Assembly: GCA_963760795.1 (NCBI GenBank)
Contig: CAVXEP010000017.1
Location: forward strand, 1-64,000
DNA length: 64,000 bases
Reading direction: 5' to 3'
Source: an uncultured delta proteobacterium
GTDB lineage: Bacteria > Desulfobacterota > Binatia > UBA9968
Shown here: in pieces, positions 42,160 through 52,766 of the stretch
Layout: each line of letters opens with the position of its first letter
Numbering within the stretch: position 1 is the first letter of the stretch
Translations under genes and position numbers: made by a program
The notes under the pieces: model-generated
Seen by the model: only the letters and a program-made list of their open reading frames with translations
Told to the model about the DNA's origin: nothing
The model's database searches: none

Positions 42160-44414
42160 ATTTCACATCGTCAATCATTCGATTCCGCGACGCGATGGCC
42201 GGGTCAAGGTCACCGGTAAAGCGCAATATGTCGCCGACCTGCGGCTCATCGGCATGGCCTACGCGAAAGTGCTGCGCAGTCCGGTCGCCCATGCGAAAAT
42301 TATTGCCATCGACAAGTCGAAAGCCGAATCCCACCCCGGCGTCTACTGCGTCGTCACCGGCTACGATCTCGACGGGTTGAATCCCTACTTCGGCCACGCC
42401 GTCAAAGACCATCCGCTTATTAGCAATCGACAAGGTGCGCTACACCGGCGAGCCGGTGGCCGCGGTGGTCGCCGTCGACGAGCGCACCGCCTTCGAAGCC
42501 TTGGAATTCATCGACGTCAAATACGAAGAGCTCAAAGGCGTCTTCACGCCGCAAGAGGCGCTGGCCAAAGATGCGCCGTTGTTGCACGACCGGAAATTCG
42601 AAGCCGGCGCGCTGCGCGGTTTCGAGGGCGAAGTTACCGCCGGCAAAGGCACAAATATTTGCCAGACGCACAAGATTCAGTGGGGCGATGTCGAGAAGGC
42701 ATTCAAGGAAGCCGCCGCGGTGGTCGAGGGCGACTATTATTTTCCCATGACCTACGCCTACGCCATGGAACCCTATGTCGCCATCGCCGATGTCAGCGAC
42801 CAGGGCGTGAATGTTTATTCGTCGGCGCAGCACCCGTTCATGGTGCGCCATGATCTGAAATCGATTTTCAATTTACCGGTCAGCAAGGTCCGTCTGATCG
42901 TGCCCTTCGTCGGCGGCGGTTACGGCAGCAAGTCCTACACCAAAGTCGAACCGCTGGTCGCCGCCTGCTCGTGGAAAGCCAAACGGCCGGTGAAACTGCA
43001 ACTCACCGTCGAAGAAGCGATGTTGACCACCCGCAGCGACGACGCCTACACCTGGATGCGCACCGCGGTGGATAAGAACGGTAAAATAATCGCGCGCCAG
43101 GCGAAAATCATGATGAACACCGGCGCCTACGCCGAGAACAGCCCGCTGGTGGTCGAGAAATCGACCAACCGCTGCGTCGGTCCCTATGCGATCGCCAATG
43201 TGCTGATCGAGAACATGTCGCTTTATACCAATACCGTGCCGGCCAGTTCATACCGCGGTTTCGGCTGCGCCCAAGTGACGCTGCCCGGCGAATCGCAGAT
43301 CGACGAGCTGGCGGCCAAGATCGGCAAAGATCCCTACCAGTTTCGGCTAGAGAATGCGGCCAAACCCGGCGAAGAATTTTTTCCCGGCATGCGCCCCTTC
43401 GACGGCACGCTCAAACAAGATTTAGACACCGCGGCCAAAGCGATCGGTTGGGGCACGCCGTTGGCGAAAGGCCATGGCCGCACCGTCGCCGTCTCCGGCA
43501 GCGACGCCGGCGCTTATCCGCTGACTTCAACGGCCGTGCGCGTCCACGCCGACGGTTCGGCGACCATCATGACCGGCAGCACCGAGCTGGGCCAGGGCAG
43601 CCACACCGTCCTGCCGCAGATCGCCGCCGAAGAATTGGGCATCGCCTACGACCAAGTCAACGTGGTGTCGTCGGACACCGCGATCACGCCCTACGATCGC
43701 TCCACCGGCGCCAGCCGGACAACGACGCTGATGGGCAGCGCGGTGATGGAAGCTTGCCAGGAAGCGATTCAGCAGATGGTCGTCATGGCCGCCGATGTGC
43801 TCAAGGTCAAAGTCGAAGAGATTGAAAAAGTGCGCGGCGGCGTCCGCTGCGGCGAGGTTGAGCTTAACTGGTCCCAGGTGATCAGCAAATTTTACGCTCT
43901 ACCCGACGGCGAAGTGATCGGCCGCTCGTACATTAGAAAGTCCGGCAGATTCGCCGCGCTGCCGGTGTTCTGGGAAGCCGCCGCCACCGGCGTGGAACTC
44001 TCCGTCGACGAAGACACCGGCAAGATCACCATGGAGAAACTCGCCACCGTCGGCGATGTCGGTTTGGCGATCAATCCGGCGCTGGCCGAAGGCCAAGACA
44101 TCGGCGCCGCGACCATGGGCATGGGCATCGGCCTGTTCGAAGAATTGATTTACGAAGGCTCGCAGTTGATGAACGGCTCGATCCTCGACTACCGTTTGCC
44201 GCGCTTCTCCGATTTACCGAAACAAGTCGAGCTCCACTTGGTGCAAAACCGCGACGGTGTCGGCCCCTATGGCGCCAAAGGCGGCGGCGAAGCGTCGCTG
44301 AACTCCATGGCCGCCAACATCGCCAACGCCGTCGACAAAGCCGTCGGCGTGCGCATCCGCCAAGCGCCGCTCACGCCGGAACGAGTCTGGCGCGCACTGA
44401 AAGAAAAGAAATGA
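42137..44414 (+). CDS. Xanthine-dehydrogenase-family molybdopterin large subunit (indel ~42420)
   Basis: KVTGKAQY, GGGYGSK, SYRGFG, ELGQG, GAKGGGE. Confidence 0.9.
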
Positions 44415-44416
44415 AA

Positions 44417-44494
44417 GGTTCAAGGATCGAAGTTTGAGGATCGAGAATAGAAAGTCGCGATCATCGAACCATCGATCCTTCGAATCTTCGAACT
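44417..44494. repeat. 7/8-nt periodic GGATCGA/TCGATCC inverted repeat
   Basis: GGTTCAA GGATCGA AGTTTGA GGATCGA GAATAGA ... TCGAACC-A TCGATCC-T TCGAATC-T TCGAACT. Confidence 0.65.
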
Positions 44495-44503
44495 AGACTG
44501 TTT

Positions 44504-45358
44504 ATGATGCCCTTAAGAAAATTTGCCATTCATCAACCCAACACGGTCGCCGAAGCGTCGCAGATGCTCACCCAGTACGGCGAAAAAGGCCGGCTCTACG
44601 CCGGCGGCACCGAGCTGCTGCTCGCCATGAAGCATGATCTCTTGCGTTATGAGCACTTGGTCGATGTCAAAACCATTGCCGACTTGAATAAGATCGAGTT
44701 GAAAAATGGCGCGCTAATGATCGGCGGCAGCGCCACCCATCGCGCCATCGAACGCTCGCCGTTGGTCAAACAAAGCCTGCCGGTATTGGCCGAGATGGAA
44801 ACCAAGGTGGCAAACATTCGCGTGCGCGCCTGCGGCACCCTCGGCGGCAATCTCTGCTTCGCCGAGCCGCACTCCGATCCAGCGACGTTATTGACCGCGC
44901 TCGGCGCCAAGGCCCATGTTCAAGGCAAGGCCGGAGCGCGAACCGTGGCGATGGATAAACTGATCACCGGCGCCTATGAAACTTCCCTCGCCAGCGATGA
45001 ACTGTTGGTCGGTGTCGAGGTTCCAGTATTGGCAAAAAACCAGCGTGCCGCTTATCTAAAATTCCAACTCAAGGAGCGGCCCACGTTGGGACTAGCGCTG
45101 TTCTTAGAACTCGACGGCGACAGCATCAAAAAAGCTGCCGCCGTCGTCGGCAGCGTCAGCGTCGCACCGACTCAGTCCGACAAAGCCAACGGCTTGCTCA
45201 CCGGCGCGAGATCACAAGTTGAAAAGCAACTAGGCGACGCCGCCGAAGCCTTAGCCCAAGCCGCCGATCCGGTCGACGACACCGAGGGCGGCGCCGACTA
45301 CAAGCGCCACTTGATCGGTGTGTTTCTCCGCCGCGCTTTCATCAAAGCCCTGTCTTAG
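44504..45358 (+). CDS. Molybdenum hydroxylase FAD subunit (CoxM-like)
   Basis: AGGTELL, IR..GTLGGNL, EPHSD, YKRHL. Confidence 0.9.
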   Translation: MMPLRKFAIHQPNTVAEASQMLTQYGEKGRLYAGGTELLLAMKHDLLRYEHLVDVKTIADLNKIELKNGALMIGGSATHRAIERSPLVKQSLPVLAEMETKVANIRVRACGTLGGNLCFAEPHSDPATLLTALGAKAHVQGKAGARTVAMDKLITGAYETSLASDELLVGVEVPVLAKNQRAAYLKFQLKERPTLGLALFLELDGDSIKKAAAVVGSVSVAPTQSDKANGLLTGARSQVEKQLGDAAEALAQAADPVDDTEGGADYKRHLIGVFLRRAFIKALS

Positions 45359-45687
45359 AAACATTTATTCTTGCCGAGTTGGCATATCCACCCGTAACGG
45401 CGCGGATGATTTCGCGATCGCTTCCCGGACGCGGTGAAATTATCTTTTGACCGGCAATTACTCCCGCTCATTCAACGTCCGGAAAAAACTCTTGTCCACA
45501 GCGTCCGCTGATGGAACGTTTTGATAATCGCGTGCATCGGTGAAATCTTCTCTCCCGCCAAACATTCCCGTTACCCTTTAGGCGCTGCTGACGGTTGCGC
45601 TTGAATCTCTGCTCGGTCCTGGGCTAGTGTCACCGCCAAAGCGCGTGCCTGCGCTGGCTTAGATTTACCGAGCTTCAGGAGGAACAG

Positions 45688-46134
45688 ATGGCAGGAGAAA
45701 AGACCGTCGGTGACATCACCTTTCGCATTCGTCATACGATGATGCTGGTCAGCAATCTCGATCGCAGCATGGATTTTTACACGCGGCTGTTGGGCATGGA
45801 TGTGCAGCGGCTGCGGCCCTCGCCTGATAAGAACGAGCGGGTCGGCTACATCGGCTATGGCACTGAAGATGAATATCCTGGGTTAGAGCTGATCGAAACC
45901 GGTGGCCCCGGCCATATCCCGGCGATGCCCAAGTGGTACGGCCATGTCGCGATCTATGTTTCCGATCTCTACACGTTAAGCGAAAAACTAAAAGCCGAAG
46001 GCGTGAAATTTACCCTCGGCCCTCAGCCCAACCGTCCCGGCAGCCAAGATAAGGTTGCCTTCATCCAAGATCCCGATGGTTATCTTCTGGAACTGACCGA
46101 GCGCCACTCGAAGAGCGGCGCGCCGCTAAGCTGA
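45688..46134 (+). CDS. VOC family protein (lactoylglutathione lyase-like)
   Basis: HTMMLVSNLDRSMDFYTRLLGM, LEL, GHVAI, AFIQDPDGYLLEL. Confidence 0.88.
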   Translation: MAGEKTVGDITFRIRHTMMLVSNLDRSMDFYTRLLGMDVQRLRPSPDKNERVGYIGYGTEDEYPGLELIETGGPGHIPAMPKWYGHVAIYVSDLYTLSEKLKAEGVKFTLGPQPNRPGSQDKVAFIQDPDGYLLELTERHSKSGAPLS

Positions 46135-46317
46135 GCGCATACCTGCGGTATGGTTAACCCAAAATCCGCAGGAGAAAAACGGCAGTTCACCCTGCACGTG
46201 TGAGTCCGGAGCAGTGAAGTCGCAAAGTCGTGTTTCATTGGCAGCTCCAAGATCTCACTTCCCTGCCGAATAAACCGGACGCGCCATAGCCCAAGGAGTG
46301 CTCTGAGGAATCCGCGT

Positions 46318-47323
46318 TTAACGGACAAACATGGCGCGATATTGCCGGCTATAATCGTCGAGCTTCTCAGCCAACTGCACCCGGCTGGGAATCACTTTGA
46401 GATGACCGGGGTAGCCCTCCGGTCTTAAGCCGGGCATGGCCGGCTCGCGGCCGCGCTTGAGAAAAACTCTCTGACCTTCATCCGATAAAGCGAAGTCGAT
46501 GAACAAGCGCGCCGCATTGGGGCGCGGCGCTTTCTCGACGATACTGATCGGATGAAGCGCCAGGATCGCCGGCTCCAATCCCAGCCAATCCACCGGCGCG
46601 CCCTGTTTCTTCATCAGATGAGGCCGGTACCAGTAGGCGACGATCTGCAAGTCGAACTCGCCGGCACTGAGCAGTTGGGTGATGAGCGAGCGGCCGCTAC
46701 GGATGGCCACTTCTTGTTTCGCCAACGACTGCATGAACTCCAGCCCTTTTTTCTCGCCCATGAAATGGAGCATGTTGGCAAACCAGCGATCTTCATTCTG
46801 ATCCAACACCATGCGCCCCTTCCAACGCGGATGCAGCAGATCTTCCCAGCGCTTGGGCAGTTCGTCGCGTTTGACTCGGTTGGTGTTGTACGCCGTGACG
46901 ATCAGATTGTCGTAAAGATCGGTCCAATAACCGTTCGGGTCTTTGAATCCCTCGGAATAGACCGCGGCGTAGGGAGATTTGTAAGGCGCGAGAAAGCCTT
47001 TCTTTTGCATGTGATAGGTTTCAAACTCGCCGACGCTGACCACGTCGGCGACGTAGGTATTCGTCTGGCGCTCGATGTTCATGCGGCTAAAGATTTTGTC
47101 ATGGGTCGAGCGAAAAATGTCGGTCTTGATAAATGGATACTTGGCCTCGAAGGCGCTGGTGAGCGACCGGGCAAACTCGGTCTCCACCGAAGTGTAGAAA
47201 ATCATCTTGCCTTCTTTACGCGCCGCTTCGACGAGCAGCCGCTGTTGCGCATCGCTCGGCGCCCTGGCTGATTTCACTCAGGCTTAAGAGAAAGAGAATG
47301 ACCAAGGCTAGTACTCGCGTCAT
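46318..47323 (-). CDS. Extracellular solute-binding protein (AfuA type; indel ~47260)
   Basis: Signal peptide MTRVLALVILFLLSL; ARKEGK..FYTS, PKRWEDLLHPRWKG, APRPNAARLFIDF. Confidence 0.85.
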
Positions 47324-47342
47324 GGCTTAGTACCTCCCAAAT

Positions 47343-47909
47343 TCACGAAGCGCTTTTGCCCCATGGTAGTTCGAGCTTGTTGACGATATCGAATTGCGAA
47401 CGGCCGGTATAGTATACGTTCTTGCCGTAGACGTGCAGTGACACGCTTGGTTCGTCCGTCGTATTTTCGACGCTATGAATTATCGAGTTCGGCAACACCA
47501 CGGCCTGGCCGAGAACGCAGTCCATTGCACCGACCCGTTCGAGTTCCGCATAACCGGCGCGGCTGCCGTCGTCGATGCGCCGCCAGAAAATGTTTTTCTC
47601 CGCGCCTTCGAGTCCGACGACGATGCCCCACGTACCATGGTTATGCGGCAGGGTCGCACCGCTCGGCAGCCAACTCAACAGCGCCACCGCCAACCCGTGA
47701 TCCGGCTCTTCGTGGAGTAGATTGAAGCTGAAGCCTTTCTCGACGTTTGAATGAATCGGCGCTTCGTTCTTCAAGTCTGGGTTGGCAGCCAAACGCTCGG
47801 CCAGCGGCGCAACTTGGCGGAGGATGTCCCGTTCTTCGGTTACGCTGGCCGTGATCGTCCGCAATGCGGTGACAAACTGCGCTAGTGAATAAGCAGTCTT
47901 GGTATCCAT
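47343..47909 (-). CDS. Cysteine-dioxygenase-family cupin
   Basis: W.P..ATLPHNHGTWG, IHSVEN, SVSLHVYG. Confidence 0.85.
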   Translation of the reverse strand: MDTKTAYSLAQFVTALRTITASVTEERDILRQVAPLAERLAANPDLKNEAPIHSNVEKGFSFNLLHEEPDHGLAVALLSWLPSGATLPHNHGTWGIVVGLEGAEKNIFWRRIDDGSRAGYAELERVGAMDCVLGQAVVLPNSIIHSVENTTDEPSVSLHVYGKNVYYTGRSQFDIVNKLELPWGKSAS

Positions 47910-48063
47910 TAAAATTTACGGCACCTGCGAAAATGTTCTGCCGATCATTCTTGCCGCCATCGCATCGCAGGCAACGACTGGAGTTGCCCTTACAAATCCG
48001 ATTCCTTTTTGTGAACTTTGCGTTCTTTGCGGCCATTCTCCTTTTCGGTTGCGGCCAATTCTC

Positions 48064-48681
48064 TTATCTTCTTTGGCGCTTCGGCATCTGCGCCGCGAGC
48101 GTCGGCCAATCAGCGTAGCGGCCAACATTGGCGTGATCTTCGGCGACGCGATTCCACGGGCAATCGATCAGCGCCACGGGAAGCTTCATCTGAGCAGCGA
48201 GAAACTGCGCCATCGGCAGGGAATCCTCCACCGCCCAACAATACGTTCGCTGAGCTAATTCGTCAAGGCGAATCGCCACCGTGTTCTCTGTGCTAAAGCG
48301 CGAATACTTGTCGACCATGTTAAATGATTGATGCGGCACGCGATAACGCGCCAGCCACGCCAACGAAGGTTCATAGGAGTCGGGCGGCCTGCCGGTCACG
48401 ATGGCAATCTCGTAACCGTCATTTGCCCAACGGCCTAGTGCGGCGATGGCTGCTTCGATGGGCGCAATTCGCATGAGTTCATCCGGCCGATGCACGATGC
48501 GGTACAGCTCCTCGGTTTCCTCCGGCGCCAAGCCGCACGACGTCCCGATATCGAAATCCGTGAGATCTTCATAGGCGATCCGTTTGGCGAATTCGCGCTC
48601 CACGACGGCAAGGAAATGGCGCGCGGTCTCGCATAGCACATCGTCGAGATCGACGTAAATGGTTTTCGAGTTTGCAGTCAT
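48064..48681 (-). CDS. HAD-superfamily 5'(3')-deoxyribonucleotidase (NT5C)-like protein
   Basis: YVDLDDVL (DxD), IVTGRP, VEDS, CPWNR. Confidence 0.75.
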   Translation of the reverse strand: MTANSKTIYVDLDDVLCETARHFLAVVEREFAKRIAYEDLTDFDIGTSCGLAPEETEELYRIVHRPDELMRIAPIEAAIAALGRWANDGYEIAIVTGRPPDSYEPSLAWLARYRVPHQSFNMVDKYSRFSTENTVAIRLDELAQRTYCWAVEDSLPMAQFLAAQMKLPVALIDCPWNRVAEDHANVGRYADWPTLAAQMPKRQRR

Positions 48682-48687
48682 CGATTT

Positions 48688-49167
48688 CTAGAATTGGTTG
48701 TCGCGCGGTTGCTCAACGAGCGCCAATTCGAGTTTTCCCGACAGATGATCGACTGTGAAGCTGGCGTTGCGCAAGAATATCCGGCCAAGAATGCCGATGA
48801 TATCGGCGCGATGATCGTGGCTCTTCTCGCGCAGCGACGGCACGCCGACGCATTCGAGCACAGTCGAATACAGCGTTGGCTTACCGTCCACATCCACCGC
48901 CGGCAGATACACGCGGCCTAAGTAAAGTTGTAGGGTGCCATAGCCATGGATGCCATGCACCGCCCGCGTACCGAGCGGCGACAAGGGTAACATCTCGGCG
49001 ACGGCAAGATCGATCATCGCACCGTAGGCGCCGGTGTCGATGAGAAATTCGCCTCTGATCTCGCGACCCAGTTCGTCGTGCTGCCGCGCCCAGCTTCCTG
49101 ACACGACCGGCCCCGTCTCGGCTAATCGTTCTGCACTGATGTCCGCTCGGATTACGTACTTATTCAT
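48688..49167 (-). CDS. Retropepsin-like (clan AA) aspartyl protease
   Basis: FLIDTGA catalytic motif, flap-like VHGIHG, C-terminal GILGRIFL. Confidence 0.75.
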   Translation of the reverse strand: MNKYVIRADISAERLAETGPVVSGSWARQHDELGREIRGEFLIDTGAYGAMIDLAVAEMLPLSPLGTRAVHGIHGYGTLQLYLGRVYLPAVDVDGKPTLYSTVLECVGVPSLREKSHDHRADIIGILGRIFLRNASFTVDHLSGKLELALVEQPRDNQF

Positions 49168-49194
49168 CGAGAATTGCTGCCCAACTGAGTGCGT

Positions 49195-49776
49195 TTAACC
49201 TTTCGAGACAAATTCGCTGTCACGAACAATAAAACGCAACGGCTTGTCCTTCCACTTACCGGCGTAGTCAACACCGATCCGCGGCGTGGCGGTGAACTTC
49301 GGCATCGGTTCGCCGCGGTCTTCGAGGTAAAGACTCTTGCCGCAAACATCGGCGCCATTGAGCGATCGGTCGATGGCGAACGCCTGGCAAAGTTTGCCTG
49401 GACCGCTGGCGAGATTGTGCAGCAAATCAGTCTTTCGATTCTGCTTCATTTGCTCGATCCCGCGCACCGGCTCCACCGCCCGGATCAACACCGCCGCGGG
49501 AAAGTCCTTTGCTTCGGTGACCAAATTGAGCATGTTGTAAAATCCGTAGATAAAGTAAACATAGGCGTGCCCCGCCGCGCCGAACATCACATCCGTCCGC
49601 TTGGTTCGCCCTTTGGAAGCATGACAAGCTAGATCGTGCGGGCCAAGATATGCTTCGGTCTCAACGATCCGCCCGGTCAAAATACCCTCTTCGCGCCGAT
49701 GCACGAGAAATTTGCCTAACAGTTGTTTGGCAACATCGATGGTCGATTGTTCGTAAAATGAGCGTGGCAGCTTCAA
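49195..49776 (-). CDS. mpg: DNA-3-methyladenine glycosylase (MPG/AAG family)
   Basis: VAKQLLGK, GRIVETEAY, AYVYFIYG, AVLIRA, GPGKLC, TPRIGV. Confidence 0.93.
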   Translation of the reverse strand: MKLPRSFYEQSTIDVAKQLLGKFLVHRREEGILTGRIVETEAYLGPHDLACHASKGRTKRTDVMFGAAGHAYVYFIYGFYNMLNLVTEAKDFPAAVLIRAVEPVRGIEQMKQNRKTDLLHNLASGPGKLCQAFAIDRSLNGADVCGKSLYLEDRGEPMPKFTATPRIGVDYAGKWKDKPLRFIVRDSEFVSKG

Positions 49777-49839
49777 GGGCAGAATGAATAGAGGTCAACC
49801 GATTCTGACTACTGATTCCTGATCGCTGGCTTCCGTTCT

Positions 49840-50226
49840 CTATCCCGACTGCGGCAAGCCATCCTTGATTTCGACCCAAGGCGCCTTCGAGCTGACGTGA
49901 ATATGCTTGGAAATTTTCACACCCGGGTCGCTGTCCAGACTGCCGGGACGAAAGCGTAAGCTGCTCGGATCTTTATCTTTCCGCTTCACTAATGGCGTGC
50001 CGCAGCGACCGCAAAATACCCGGTGATTGCCCGGCGACGATTGCCATTCCTTGAGCAGCTCTTGTCCCGCCGTGAAACGAAACGACGCCGCCGGAATCGA
50101 CGCCCCGCTGGCAAACGCCGACCCCGACATCTTGCGGCACAAGCTGCAGTGACAGTTGGTTACGGCGCTAATTTCGCCGTCGATTTGGTATTTCACACCG
50201 CCGCAAAGACATGAACCGGTCAACAT
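49840..50226 (-). CDS. GFA family (glutathione-dependent formaldehyde-activating) Zn-binding protein
   Basis: GSCLCG, CHCSLCRK, FCGRCGTP. Confidence 0.92.
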   Translation of the reverse strand: MLTGSCLCGGVKYQIDGEISAVTNCHCSLCRKMSGSAFASGASIPAASFRFTAGQELLKEWQSSPGNHRVFCGRCGTPLVKRKDKDPSSLRFRPGSLDSDPGVKISKHIHVSSKAPWVEIKDGLPQSG

Positions 50227-50290
50227 GGAACCTCCACTGACTATCATTTATATGATTTGCTTATGTCGCTCAGCACTGCGCTAAACAATT

Positions 50291-51223
50291 CTATTTGATT
50301 TCCCGCACCAAACTCCAATCGACCAACTGGCTCAGCGGAATATCTTTGGTCAGCTTGAGCCGTTCCTTGGTGAGCTGCACGTCGAGGAGGACGCCTTTGT
50401 CGGAGATTATGCCGTCGTCGGTGAACGAATTGATCGACGCGTCGTAGGCTCGGGCGGACTGGGACGGCGTGATGCGCAGATAATCGGCAAGCATCTGGAC
50501 TGTCTCATTGCGATTCTGTTTCATGAAACGCAGGCCGCGCACGCCGGCGCGCACGACTCGCTTGATCTGATCGCGCTGGGTCTGAAGTTTCTGGTCCATC
50601 ACGGCGATACCGGAAAGCGGCAATTCAATGAGGTCGCCTAAATAGACCAGCCGCTTGAACCCCTCGTCCTCGGCTTTGACCGCGAAGGCGACGTCGATGG
50701 GCGTCGCGTCGATGGCGCCGGCGCGCAACGCCGCCAGGCGTGTCGGGCTCTCGCCGGTGACGATGATCTTGACATCTTTCTCCGGCTCGAATCCGAAGTG
50801 GCGCACCGCCACGCGCGACAGGTAGTCGACCGTGCCGGCAACCGAATCGACGCCGATAATTTTGCCTTTCAAATCCTTCGGCGATTTGATCTCCGGCCGG
50901 GCGATCAAGACATGCAGAGGCCGGCCGGCAAAACCTAGCACCGCTTTGATCGGCACGCCGCTTACCGCTGCGCGCAACGCCGAACCCCAGGCGAGCAGAT
51001 AATCGACGTCGCCGGACATCAACGCCTTGACACCAATGGCCGGCTGCATTTGAATCTTATCGACCTCGATCCCTTCGTCTCGGTAGAATCCCTTGCGCAT
51101 GGCGACGACGACGGGAAACTCGAACAGTCCGCGGCTCGGCGTCGCGATCGTCACCCGTTCCGCCGCCGGCGCGGGATCGCCAGTGGCAAGAATCGTCAAC
51201 GCGACCAGATATCGCCAGAACAC
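50291..51223 (-). CDS. NMT1/SsuA/TauA-type substrate-binding protein
   Basis: Signal peptide; KGFYRDEGIEV, DLKGKIIGV, AALRAGAID; true start may lie ~51257 across an indel. Confidence 0.85.
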   Translation of the reverse strand: MFWRYLVALTILATGDPAPAAERVTIATPSRGLFEFPVVVAMRKGFYRDEGIEVDKIQMQPAIGVKALMSGDVDYLLAWGSALRAAVSGVPIKAVLGFAGRPLHVLIARPEIKSPKDLKGKIIGVDSVAGTVDYLSRVAVRHFGFEPEKDVKIIVTGESPTRLAALRAGAIDATPIDVAFAVKAEDEGFKRLVYLGDLIELPLSGIAVMDQKLQTQRDQIKRVVRAGVRGLRFMKQNRNETVQMLADYLRITPSQSARAYDASINSFTDDGIISDKGVLLDVQLTKERLKLTKDIPLSQLVDWSLVREIK

Positions 51224-51265
51224 GCAAGAAAATCTGGCTCTGTAGTAAATGCATCATGACCCCCG

Positions 51266-52094
51266 CTATTCCATCCGAACATTTTTGCTTGAAATCGTAG
51301 GTCGTCGAATAGTCGCTTTCGTAAGTGCAGAAAATCCGATTCTTATCCCAGCCGCCGGCAAAACATTTTTTCAGAAACGCCATCATCAGCTTCCACGCGT
51401 CGTTGGCGGCTTCTTTGCGATAGCGTCCCGGCATGGTGTCGTTGAGCCAACCATGGGGCGCGTCGCGATAGATGCGGATGTGGCAGCTCTTCTTCGATTT
51501 CTCGAAGCAGTTGCGGAAGCGCGCGACATCGTCGACGGAGATAATATGATCCGCCTCGCCGAAAATCCCCAGGACCGGACAGTTCACCTGGGCGACCAGC
51601 TCGTCTATCGGAGTAGGCCGCAGTTCGTTACCTTGCCACTCACGGCCGCCGACCGCGCCGTAGAGCACCACGGCACCGGCGATGTCATCGCGCTTGGCCG
51701 CCAGCAGCACCGGTTGACGGCCAGTTTGGCAGACGCCGATGATGCCGATCCGCGAGCCGTCAACTTGTTTCAGTCTTTTGAGATATTCCACCGCCGCGTT
51801 CAGATCGGCCAGCGCGCCATCATCGGTGAGGTCTACGCGCTGCTCGCCGCGCAATACCGCCTTGCGGTCGCCGGTGAAGCGATGAAACAGATCCGGCGCC
51901 AAGCCGACAAAGCCCGCTTGGGCCAGCTTGGCGGTCAGATCTTTGGTATGCTGATCGACGCCATAGCGCTCGTGAAGAATAATCACCGCCGGCCGTTTAC
52001 CTTTAGCCTTGGGCAAAGCCCGCGCGGCGCTAATGCCGCCGCCGAACTTGATCATGGTTGCACTGATTCCCGTCGATTTCTTGGCTGCCATCAC
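51266..52094 (-). CDS. Dienelactone hydrolase family protein (indel near 3' end)
   Basis: HERYG, APDLF, GVCQTG, GEAD, APHGW; corrected end KNVRME*. Confidence 0.88.
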
Positions 52095-52220
52095 GCCTCC
52101 ACTGCGGTTGTCGTAGAATTTAAAATTGTCTAATCGCCGCCAAGCTTATCCCTCGATCCGCGAGGGAGTCAAGGTAGGCAAAGCTTGTGTCATATCGAAG
52201 TTGAACGTATATTCCGGCCC

Positions 52221-52539
52221 ATGAACCTCAAAGACGGCTCCACCCTGGTTGCCGATCTCACGACCATCGGCCGCAAGAGCGGCTTGGCCGCGCGCCGTTA
52301 AGCTGCGTTTTCTCTTTTTCCAGGGAAACTTCTACGCCACGTCGACCAGAGTACAAGGCAAACACTGGTGTCAGAACATGATCAAGAATAGCGCCGTCGA
52401 TATCACGGCTAAAGGCGAGAAGTTTTCCTGCACAGCCAAGCAGGTGACCGATGAGGCGCTGCGCAAACAGGTGCTGACCCTGCGCGACTCGCCGCCGCAG
52501 TTAGAACGCGTGGTTTTCGAAATCACGCCTAATAAATAA
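52221..52539 (+). CDS. Deazaflavin (F420)-dependent nitroreductase (DDN)-like split-barrel protein (indel ~52285)
   Basis: Manual join: MNLKDGSTLVADLTTIGRKSGL/PRAVKLRF...HWCQNMIKN. Confidence 0.75.
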
Positions 52540-52552
52540 CGATCTCGGGGAT

Positions 52553-52760
52553 TCGGATATTGCTCGCGCTAAGCGCGCAAAGGTAAGGCAAACATGTCAT
52601 TTCGACCGAAGGGAGAAATCTTTCCGAGATCCCTCGTATTCCCTCGGGATGACGGGCCTCGGCCCGTCACTTTGCGACCTTGGCGTCCTTTGCGCGAGAC
52701 AATCCGAGATTAACCGGTGCGCGAAGCGCACCCTACGAAACCTTCGTGCCTTCGTGGTGA
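52553..52760. repeat. Composite repeat: CGCAAAG/CTTTGCG arms around a TGTCAT...ATGAC palindrome, then a GTAG-type REP and a CTTCGTG arm
   Basis: CTCGCG..(52563)/..CGCGAG(52698) arms; GTAGGGTGCGCTTCGCGCACC on minus strand 52716-52736; CTTCGTGCCTTCGTGGTG. Confidence 0.7.
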
Positions 52761-52766
52761 ACAAAA

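Noticed and set aside
42137-44414. Aerobic CO dehydrogenase CoxL
   Set aside because: The active-site loop is SYRGFG, not AYxCSFR/AYxGAGR, and no cox accessory genes are present.
45457-45564. 35-codon minus-strand ORF MFGGREDFTDARDYQNVPSADAVDKSFFRTLNERE
   Set aside because: No recognisable motif and only a weak RBS; cannot be supported without homologs.
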